Virus record (IMG/VR): IMGVR_UViG_3300025021_000154
Span: 25,087-89,086 of that record
From: a virus
Taxonomy: Duplodnaviria; Caudoviricetes
Length of the DNA: 64,000 nt
Reading direction: 5' to 3' (one strand)
Shown: positions 24,522 through 32,067 of the stretch, one piece after another
How the letters are laid out: each line of letters starts with the position of its first letter
How positions within the stretch are numbered: position 1 is the first letter of the stretch
The notes under the pieces: generated by a model
The model's input: only the letters and a program-made list of their open reading frames with translations
Told to the model about the DNA's origin: nothing
The model's database searches: none
Position numbers and translations under genes: made by a program

Positions 24522-25528
24522 CCGATACCCCGCCAGCCTTTAGCCACTGGGAGGTTCAGCCTCGCTCCATCCGCCTCTCCGCTGGCGAGTTCGAGCAACG
24601 GGTTCCGCTCTCCCTGCGCGGCGACGTGGACGCCCCGGTCTTTGCCTCCAGCAACCCGGAGGTCGCGGAGATCGGGCCGGATGGCGTCATTCGCTGCGGC
24701 TGGACCATCGGCAACGCCGTGCTCATGGTCTGGCGATCCTCGGTCCGGGACAGCCTCCGCCATGTTCTGGTGGAGGTCCGCGATCCGTCCTGGTTCGCCG
24801 ACCACCCGGACTTTGCCAGCGGAGCCACGGTCTTCCTCAGCGGCATGGTGGTCAACGCCCTCAACACCAGCGGCGTCGGCAACGCGCTGATCGAATTCCG
24901 CCGCTCGGAAACCGGCCCGGCTGCATACCAGACCTTTGCCAACGCCTATGGCGGGTTCGAGCTGACCGTGCCCGAGGGGTTCTATTACGTGGAGGTCACC
25001 GCGTCTGGATACATCGCCTGGCATGGCTGGGTGAACGCCGACCCCAACACCTCCGGCGACATCCAGATCGTTCTCTCGCCCGAACTCGACGGCCAGGTCG
25101 CCCGCATCGTGTTGCAGTGCGGACTCAACCCCAGGGATCTCGATTCCCATCTCACCGGACCGACGCCATCGGGCGGCCGCTTCCATGTGTTCTATTCCCA
25201 CACCATCGAAAACGAGGCGGCGGAATTGGACGTGGATGACACCAGCTCCTACGGGCCGGAGACCATCACCATCCATCGGCTCATCCCCGGCGTCTACCGC
25301 TACGCGGTCCACGACTACACCAACCGCAACGCCAATCCGAGCACCGGCCTGGCGCAGTCCGGAGCATCGGTGAAAGTGTTCCTGAGCGATGGCCGTGAGC
25401 AGACCTTCACCGTTCCCAACTCCCCGGGCACGGTCTGGACCGTGTTCGAAATCGACGGTGCGACCGGGACAGTGACGCCGGTCAACGCCATGAGCTATCA
25501 ATCCCAACCCGCCAATGTCGGCATGTAA
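24518..25528 (+). CDS. Big_2 + carboxypeptidase-regulatory-like + YfaP-like domain protein, 336 aa
   Basis: FASSNPEVAEIGPDG; G.YYVEVTASGY; NPRDLDSHL, LDVDDTSSYGPETITI, YRYAVHDY. Confidence 0.7.
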   Translation: MTDTPPAFSHWEVQPRSIRLSAGEFEQRVPLSLRGDVDAPVFASSNPEVAEIGPDGVIRCGWTIGNAVLMVWRSSVRDSLRHVLVEVRDPSWFADHPDFASGATVFLSGMVVNALNTSGVGNALIEFRRSETGPAAYQTFANAYGGFELTVPEGFYYVEVTASGYIAWHGWVNADPNTSGDIQIVLSPELDGQVARIVLQCGLNPRDLDSHLTGPTPSGGRFHVFYSHTIENEAAELDVDDTSSYGPETITIHRLIPGVYRYAVHDYTNRNANPSTGLAQSGASVKVFLSDGREQTFTVPNSPGTVWTVFEIDGATGTVTPVNAMSYQSQPANVGM

Positions 25529-25540
25529 TGGAGGTTGTCC

Positions 25541-26431
25541 ATGATTTCCGAAGAACCCGCCGACTTGCAGGCCACCATCGAACAAACCGATTCCGGCGAA
25601 CAGCAGTATGTTTTACGGGCGCTCTGCGATCACCTGTCCGGCATCCGTGAAGAACTTTCCGGCATCCGCACGCTGCTGGAGGCCAGTCACGCCGCCTCGG
25701 AGGCGATGCGCGGCCAGGCCCAGGCCTATCTGGAGGCCCAGCAGGCCAGGACGCAGGAGTATCTGGATCAGGTACAGGTCGAGCCGGAGCCCGATTTCTA
25801 TCCCTTCGTCGAGCTGCCAGCGGGCACCGAGCCCCGGGATCTGCCGGACGGCAACCGGCTCTTTACCTTGCCCGACGGCATGATCCTGCGGACCACTGAC
25901 GACCAGCGAATCTGCGTCATCGACGCCGGGGAACAGCAGGTCGTCACTCCCGGACCCGGCACGGCCATCGAGGTCGCCCCGGGACGCCTTTACACCCTGG
26001 TCGAGTCCTATCTGCGTTCGACCCAGGAAGCGGCCGGTATCAGCGGACTGCCTGCCGGGACCGAGCCGACCGCCATGGGCGCGGAACGCATCGCGGTGGA
26101 TCTGCCCGAGGGCATCCGTCTTGACGTCGATCACCGGGAGCGGTTCATCACCCTGATCAATCCGGCCGGACCTATCGACATCATCGGCATCGGCCGCATC
26201 GAGGGCATCGGCGAAACCATCGCCATTCGTCTGCTCTCCGGCGGGGCCAAGGGATTCCAATGCGGCCTGTCCGGCCACGGCGGGCTGATCGAGGCGGACG
26301 GCACCATTCATCTGGGACTCAAGAGCGGTCTGGATCTGGTGATTCGGTTCCCGGGAGAAGCTATCGACGACGACACTTCGGAAAATGGCTGCTCGGGACA
26401 GTGCGGCATCGACTGCGAGGAGCGTATCTGA
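25541..26431 (+). CDS. Hypothetical protein, 296 aa, N-terminal coiled coil and internal repeat
   Basis: GGAGG RBS 6 nt before ATG 25541; stop overlaps the next start. Confidence 0.65.
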   Translation: MISEEPADLQATIEQTDSGEQQYVLRALCDHLSGIREELSGIRTLLEASHAASEAMRGQAQAYLEAQQARTQEYLDQVQVEPEPDFYPFVELPAGTEPRDLPDGNRLFTLPDGMILRTTDDQRICVIDAGEQQVVTPGPGTAIEVAPGRLYTLVESYLRSTQEAAGISGLPAGTEPTAMGAERIAVDLPEGIRLDVDHRERFITLINPAGPIDIIGIGRIEGIGETIAIRLLSGGAKGFQCGLSGHGGLIEADGTIHLGLKSGLDLVIRFPGEAIDDDTSENGCSGQCGIDCEERI

Positions 26432-27348
26432 TGAGCTACGATTTCCTCGGCAAGGGATTGCGCTACCCGTTCCGGTTTCAGTCGGTATCCGGCGGCACCC
26501 AGATCTCGACCGCCACCTCGCGGGAGCACGAGCATATCCGCGAAAGCATCCTGCAGATCCTCGGCACCAGGATCGGCGAACGGTTCATGAATCCGGAGTT
26601 TGGCTCCCGGCTGAAGGATCTGGTGTTCGAACAGAACGACGAGGTCCTCAAGGGCCTGCTGCGCCATTACGTGATCGACGCTATCAAACGCTGGGAAAAG
26701 CGGGTGATCATCACGGAGGTGCGCTTCGACGACCGGCCGTTGAACATCGACGGCAACCTGCTGCTGGTGCATATCGCCTACCGGGTGATCCAGAGCCAGG
26801 TGGACGGCAACCTGGTCTATCCCTTCTACAGAGAAGACCCGAACAATCCCGCGCCCAGCTATCCCCAACCGGAACCCGAGCCTGAACCGCCGCCGGTGCG
26901 CAGCGTGCGCCTATCGCCAGACGTGCGCTCGCTGTTCAATCTGCTCTGGTTCGACGCGGCCGAGATGAGCCCCGATCCGGCGGATTCCTTCCTCTGGCCA
27001 GCCGGGGAATACGAAGTCGCCTACATCGAGGGAGCCTTTCAGGACCGCAACGGCAAGTGGATCGTCAGCGATCCGGGTGACAACCACGGCCATTACCTGG
27101 TGTTTGAGGGAGCGCCCGAAACCGAAGCGCCCCAGGCCGAGCATGCCCTCTATCTGGCCGCGAGCGGTCTGGGTTTCGACACCCAGAGTCAGGCGGAAGA
27201 CAACGCCGCTGGCACCATTCACCGGATCACCACGCTGGAGCCGGGTCGCATCGGACTGTTCTATTTCGAAGGCAAGAAGGAATCCCACTACCTCAACAAC
27301 ACCTCCGGGCAGCCCAACCCCGTCTGGCAACTGCGCGGCCCGCTCTGA
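26431..27348 (+). CDS. Baseplate wedge gp25/gpW-like protein with C-terminal extension, 305 aa
   Basis: IRESILQILGTRIGERFMNPEFGS, IKRWEKRV, NLVYPFY; then PEPEPEPPP linker and ~160 aa of unknown domain. Confidence 0.85.
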   Translation: MSYDFLGKGLRYPFRFQSVSGGTQISTATSREHEHIRESILQILGTRIGERFMNPEFGSRLKDLVFEQNDEVLKGLLRHYVIDAIKRWEKRVIITEVRFDDRPLNIDGNLLLVHIAYRVIQSQVDGNLVYPFYREDPNNPAPSYPQPEPEPEPPPVRSVRLSPDVRSLFNLLWFDAAEMSPDPADSFLWPAGEYEVAYIEGAFQDRNGKWIVSDPGDNHGHYLVFEGAPETEAPQAEHALYLAASGLGFDTQSQAEDNAAGTIHRITTLEPGRIGLFYFEGKKESHYLNNTSGQPNPVWQLRGPL

Positions 27349-27359
27349 GGCATCCCACC

Positions 27360-27393
27360 TCCGACACATCCAGGCCTCTTCCGGTAAGTAACC
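27360..27393 (+). promoter_or_regulatory. Conserved motif copy 4, putative late promoter
   Basis: TCCGACAC atccaggcct CTTCCGGTAAGTAACC after the stop at 27348. Confidence 0.7.
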
Positions 27394-27447
27394 GGCGTGG
27401 CGAGAGCATCAGGCGCTCTCGCATAACCGCCGAAAACCGGAGAGACC

Positions 27448-28857
27448 ATGGGCCGCGCAAGCATCGGATACATCAACAAGGATTACGAATCGATCCGTCA
27501 GGAGCTGCTGGCGAAGATCCCGCAGCTCACCGACCGCTGGACCGATTTCAACCACTCCGATCTCGGCGTCGTCATGCTCGATCTGTTTTGCGGCGTGGGC
27601 GACATGCTGGCCTACTACCTGGATGCCCAGGCGGCGGAGGCCTTCCTACCCACGGCCCGCCAGCGCCAGAACGTCATCAACCTCTGCAAACTCATCGGCT
27701 ACCGGCTAGACTCGCCGGTGGCCTCCACCACCACGCTGCGCTTCCGGCTTTCCGCCCCGCTCGGCAAGGATCTGACCATTCCGGCGGGGACGGCCTGCCG
27801 CGCCTTGCTGAGTGACGGCGAAGCGGATTTCGAGACGGTCGAGGACGGCCTGATCCCGCGAGGCGTGCTCTCGGTAGACATCCCGGCCCGGCAAGGCGTG
27901 CGCCGCACCGAGACCTTCACGTCGTCGGGCTTGCCATTCCAGCGCTTCCGCCTGACCGGCGACCTCATCGCTCAGGGCACCATCACCGTTTCGGTGGGGG
28001 ACGACGCCTGGAGCGAGGTCGATCACTTCCAGGACAGCCTGGCCGACAGCCGTCATTTCATGGCCGACCTGGACGCCCTCGACATCTCCACCCTGATTTT
28101 CGGCGACGGGCAAAGCGGCGCTGTACCGGCTCAGGGAAGCGCCATCACCGTCAGCTATCTGCAGACCATCGGAGACCAGGGCAATCTCGGTCCGAACCGG
28201 ATCACCCAACTGCTGAGCCCGGTCTACCTCGACGGCGGCCAGGTCTCCCTGACCGTCGCCAACCCGGTGCCCGCCACCGGCGGCGCTTCGCGGGAAGCCC
28301 TCGAACACGCCCGCCGACAGGCACCGGCGGAGCTGCGCAGTCTCTGGAAGGCCGTCACCCTGGAGGATTACCAGGCGCTCGCCGAAGGTTACCCCGGCGT
28401 CGCCAAGGCCAAGGTGCTCGACACGAATGCCTGTCAGAACATCCGCTATTACAACGTCCAACTGGCCATCGCCCCCAATGGCGGCGGGATGCCCTCGGCG
28501 CTGCTCAAGCGGGACCTTGCCGAGTTTTTCGAACGCCGCAAGGTCATCACGGTCGAGATCAACCTGTGCGACCCGATCTACCGCCCCGTTTCCATCGACG
28601 CCGAGGTCTACATCTGGCCCGGCGAACCGCTGGAAAACGTGCGCAGCCGCATCGAAGCCGCACTTTCCGATTTCTTTTCTTTCGACCAGGTCTCCTTCGG
28701 CCAGACCATTCACTTCTCCGACCTGGTGGTCTTGATCGACGGCGTGCGCGGTGTCAGCCACATGCATCTGTACGCGCCGCAGCAGGACATCGAACTGCGC
28801 CACGGCGAAATTCCGGTTCTCGGCAGCGTCAACCTCGATCTGCGGAGGGCCGGTTGA
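27448..28857 (+). CDS. Baseplate J / gp47-like protein
   Basis: KDYESIRQELL, WTDFNHSDLGV, FGDGQSGAVP, ATGGASRE, KAVTLEDY. Confidence 0.92.
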   Translation: MGRASIGYINKDYESIRQELLAKIPQLTDRWTDFNHSDLGVVMLDLFCGVGDMLAYYLDAQAAEAFLPTARQRQNVINLCKLIGYRLDSPVASTTTLRFRLSAPLGKDLTIPAGTACRALLSDGEADFETVEDGLIPRGVLSVDIPARQGVRRTETFTSSGLPFQRFRLTGDLIAQGTITVSVGDDAWSEVDHFQDSLADSRHFMADLDALDISTLIFGDGQSGAVPAQGSAITVSYLQTIGDQGNLGPNRITQLLSPVYLDGGQVSLTVANPVPATGGASREALEHARRQAPAELRSLWKAVTLEDYQALAEGYPGVAKAKVLDTNACQNIRYYNVQLAIAPNGGGMPSALLKRDLAEFFERRKVITVEINLCDPIYRPVSIDAEVYIWPGEPLENVRSRIEAALSDFFSFDQVSFGQTIHFSDLVVLIDGVRGVSHMHLYAPQQDIELRHGEIPVLGSVNLDLRRAG

Positions 28858-30431
28858 TGTCGGATTGGTTCAAGGACAATCTGCTCGGCCTGCTGCCGCC
28901 GCTTTACGAGCACAACGACGAGGCCGGTGACCTGCGCACCTTTCTGAGCCTTCCTTCCGGAACGCTGGACGATCTCAAGCAGGCTATCGACGACTTCCCG
29001 ACTATCTTCGACGTCGATCACTGCGATGAACGCTTTCTGCCGTTGCTGGCGAGGCTCGTGGGCCTCGAAGTAGACGGCACCTGTTCGCCGGACTGCCAGC
29101 GCCGCCGCGTGCGGGAGGCGGTCGAAATCTATCGCCGCAAGGGGACCCTCCCGGCCATTGAGCGCGACTTTGACGCGCTCGGTTGGCAGGGGGAACTGCA
29201 GGAGACCTTCCGCTCGGCGCTGCGCCTCAATGCTCGCTCCAAACTCAGCAACGCCAAGCTGCCCGGGCTGGTGTTCAGCCTCGGCGTGTTTCGCGTGCTC
29301 TGTCTCAACCAGACCGAGGGGCTGCGCGACGCCCTGGTGTTTCATCACCCGGCGGGCACCCGCTGTTTTTGGCTCCAGTTTCTGCTCGAATGGATCGAAG
29401 GCGGCGCAATGCTCGACTTCGGGCACGCCAACGCCGTGCGCCGGATCGTGCTGGCGTTTCTCGACGAGACCTTCGTCCTTGGCCATTCCTCCCTCGGCTC
29501 CTGCCGTCACCTGACCAACAAGCAAAAGGCCTGGGAGCTGCTGCAGCTCACCAGCACCACGGAGATGATTCCGGAGATCGACCGGGCCGCCGTTAAGGTC
29601 TCTCGTTTTCACGGCCGCCAGAATCGGATGCGTCTGAACCACCGGACCCTCAACGACTGGCGGCTTCCGTACACCCGTGTCGGCGAGGACCGGGTTTCCT
29701 TCTGCACGCCCATCTACACCGGCCGCGATTTCGTAGGAGATGTGCTGGAGAGCGGTTTCGGGCTCGGCGAAAGCCATCTCAACCGTAAATCACTGACCCA
29801 TGGCGAGACCGCACTGCGCTACTGCTTTCGGCAGAAGGATTTCTTTTTCAGCAACCAGACGGAACCGGCCGAGCGGGCGGAGGCCAAGTACGACCTGCAT
29901 CTGCCGCTGGAATCCCGTCACCGCCTCTGCTTTCAGCTTGGTCGGGCCAGGTTGAACGAGGGTCTCGACCTTACCGCCAACCAGGGCGGTATCAGCAATC
30001 TGCTGCTCGCCGCCACTGCTGGCTGCGATGCGGACGTCACTCTGGCCGTCGACCGGATCGACCGATGGCGGCGGAGAGGGCCTGTGTTCCGGCTCAACGC
30101 GAACACCCTGAACACCCGGTATCTGAGCAATGCGAATCTGACCGGCGAACGGGCCTCGCTTGAAGTCTATGTGGACACGGGCTCTCTCCAGCGTCATCGG
30201 GTCGAAACCATGAAGCTGGGCGCAAGTCCGCTCAACACCACCGGTCTGCGCCTCTCCGTGGACCGGACCCGACCCATGCGCATCAGCCGCATGCGCCTCA
30301 ACCAGGCCGGATTCCGCTGGTCGCGGCCTTCCTACCGCTGGCTGTTCCGTCAGCAGGATCTGCACGCACCGGCGCAGGCCGGGTTCGAGGCCGCCACCAA
30401 CAACTATCGCGCCACCCAGTGGCCCACCTGA
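28857..30431 (+). CDS. P2 gpI-like baseplate protein with long repetitive C-terminus, 524 aa
   Basis: FLPLLARLVG, YRRKGTLPAIE; recurring F/M-x-L-[GN]-x3-L-N units. Confidence 0.8.
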   Translation: MSDWFKDNLLGLLPPLYEHNDEAGDLRTFLSLPSGTLDDLKQAIDDFPTIFDVDHCDERFLPLLARLVGLEVDGTCSPDCQRRRVREAVEIYRRKGTLPAIERDFDALGWQGELQETFRSALRLNARSKLSNAKLPGLVFSLGVFRVLCLNQTEGLRDALVFHHPAGTRCFWLQFLLEWIEGGAMLDFGHANAVRRIVLAFLDETFVLGHSSLGSCRHLTNKQKAWELLQLTSTTEMIPEIDRAAVKVSRFHGRQNRMRLNHRTLNDWRLPYTRVGEDRVSFCTPIYTGRDFVGDVLESGFGLGESHLNRKSLTHGETALRYCFRQKDFFFSNQTEPAERAEAKYDLHLPLESRHRLCFQLGRARLNEGLDLTANQGGISNLLLAATAGCDADVTLAVDRIDRWRRRGPVFRLNANTLNTRYLSNANLTGERASLEVYVDTGSLQRHRVETMKLGASPLNTTGLRLSVDRTRPMRISRMRLNQAGFRWSRPSYRWLFRQQDLHAPAQAGFEAATNNYRATQWPT

Positions 30432-30441
30432 AGGAGAACCC

Positions 30442-31035
30442 ATGGCGATTCATCTCTATCTTGACGAAGCGTTGACCCAGCAGATTTCAGAGGGGGATTT
30501 CAGCCGTCCCGAGGCCGAGAGCTACAACGGTACTGACGGCGACATCAAGGATCGGCAACTCCACGTCGCCAACGAGCAGACGAGCCTCGCCTCGGCCATC
30601 GACCTGGCGCAGACCAGCATCGCGCTGGTCGAACCGCGCTTTGCCGACGGCGAACTCATCATCATCGACGGCGAGCAGATGCTCATTGAAAGCGGCGGCG
30701 GAACCGCCAATCTCACCGTGCAACGGGGCGTGGCCAACACCGCTCCGGCCGCGCACAACGCCGGGGCGACTTTCTATTCCGGTTACGACTACACCGGGCT
30801 GGTGCTCGATCCCATCGACGAGACCGGCACCGACGAATCGGTGTGGTACCGCCTGGCTCTGACCCAGGTGGATCTCGACACCGCCATCCAGGGCGGACCG
30901 CTCAATCTCGGCGACAAGACCTTCCAGCAGACGTTGTCCTTCTGGCGACGCTGCACGGTGCTCCCGGGCACGCCGGTGCAAAACAAACTCGACATCAAGC
31001 TGCGCCTGACCGGCACGGAAAACCCGATCCTCTAA
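30442..31035 (+). CDS. Tail/baseplate-associated hypothetical protein
   Basis: AAGGAG RBS; IIIDGEQM..LTVQRGVANT.PAAH motif seen in phage tail proteins. Confidence 0.6.
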   Translation: MAIHLYLDEALTQQISEGDFSRPEAESYNGTDGDIKDRQLHVANEQTSLASAIDLAQTSIALVEPRFADGELIIIDGEQMLIESGGGTANLTVQRGVANTAPAAHNAGATFYSGYDYTGLVLDPIDETGTDESVWYRLALTQVDLDTAIQGGPLNLGDKTFQQTLSFWRRCTVLPGTPVQNKLDIKLRLTGTENPIL

Positions 31036-31044
31036 GGAGCTCCG

Positions 31045-31506
31045 ATGGCAGCTATTACGATAGACATCGATATTTCCGCGAGGGTGACCCGATCACGGGT
31101 GAGCGAAATGGACACCCGTCAGGTGCTCCTGCGCGGGATCTTAGCGGAGATGGATCTCGCCTGTCGCATTCAGCGTTCCATTGAAGTTGCCGCGCAGGCT
31201 CAAGTGGGTGTTCTCGCTGAAATCGCAAGGATCGTCAGGACCGGCCAAGTGATCCACAACCGCCTGAACCGGAACACCGACCTGTGGCTCGTCATCCATG
31301 GACGTCTGGGTGTCGATGCCGACACGGCGCTGCGGATGACGCGCCTCTGGCAGCGGAGCATCGACACCAGCGTCCGGACGTCGGGCGCACATATCAGCCG
31401 ATCCGACACCGTTCAGCGCATCGCGATTCCGGCCGGGCTGCTGACAGACACGCGGCAGATCCTGTTCGCGGTGCTCATCGATCAAGACCACGTAATTCAG
31501 ACCTAA
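31045..31506 (+). CDS. Repeat-rich hypothetical protein (D-T-x-x-R/x-I periodicity)
   Basis: AAGGAG RBS; fills the gap between tail genes. Confidence 0.55.
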   Translation: MAAITIDIDISARVTRSRVSEMDTRQVLLRGILAEMDLACRIQRSIEVAAQAQVGVLAEIARIVRTGQVIHNRLNRNTDLWLVIHGRLGVDADTALRMTRLWQRSIDTSVRTSGAHISRSDTVQRIAIPAGLLTDTRQILFAVLIDQDHVIQT

Positions 31507-31518
31507 AGGAGAACAGCA

Positions 31519-32052
31519 ATGGCACTGGGACTTATCGTTAAAACCGGCCGGATACTGACGGCCAAACTCCTCCTCGGCCAGGCCGTGGACGGCATCACCC
31601 ACTGCGCCATCGGCGACGGGGATGCCAGCTTCGCCGACCCGCAGAATCCACCCGCGCCGGAGATCGGCCAGGCCGGACTCAGAAACGAACGCGCCCGCAA
31701 GCGCTACTACAAGCGGACCTTCCTCAAGGAGGATGCCGAGGGGGCGCTGCTGGTCAACGGCGTGCGTTACCTCGAAACCGGCGAGGAGACCAACACCATC
31801 GGCGTCTTCTTTCGCTTCGACGAGGCCGAGGCCAACGGCATCACCATCCGCGAATACGGCTTCTTCGGCGGCGACGTGCAGTACGTGGCTAGCACCAACG
31901 GGGATCTCGCCATGGGCGGCATCTTCCATCAGGACACCAATCCGACCGGGGAGGTGCAGCATCCCGGTTACCTCTACGAGGTGAAGAACATTCCCGACTT
32001 CAACAAGATTTCCGACACCCGCGTGGAGCTGGTCGGGATCATCAAGATCTAA
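31519..32052 (+). CDS. Tail-collar/fibre N-terminal-like protein
   Basis: GRILTAKLL, ITHCAIGDG, IREYGFFGG motifs of P2 gpH N-terminal type. Confidence 0.65.
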   Translation: MALGLIVKTGRILTAKLLLGQAVDGITHCAIGDGDASFADPQNPPAPEIGQAGLRNERARKRYYKRTFLKEDAEGALLVNGVRYLETGEETNTIGVFFRFDEAEANGITIREYGFFGGDVQYVASTNGDLAMGGIFHQDTNPTGEVQHPGYLYEVKNIPDFNKISDTRVELVGIIKI

Positions 32053-32067
32053 CTGGAGGATTCAATC

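Noticed and set aside
25100-25150. Prophage decay suggested by W->C in the YfaP-like LxWGxNP motif and a few other odd substitutions
   Set aside because: No frameshifts or premature stops were seen in any structural gene. Single substitutions cannot be judged without alignments.
6553-27393. CRISPR array or REP/IS-end interpretation of the repeated motif
   Set aside because: Copies are 5-8 kb apart, non-palindromic, all in the same orientation, and there are no cas or transposase genes.
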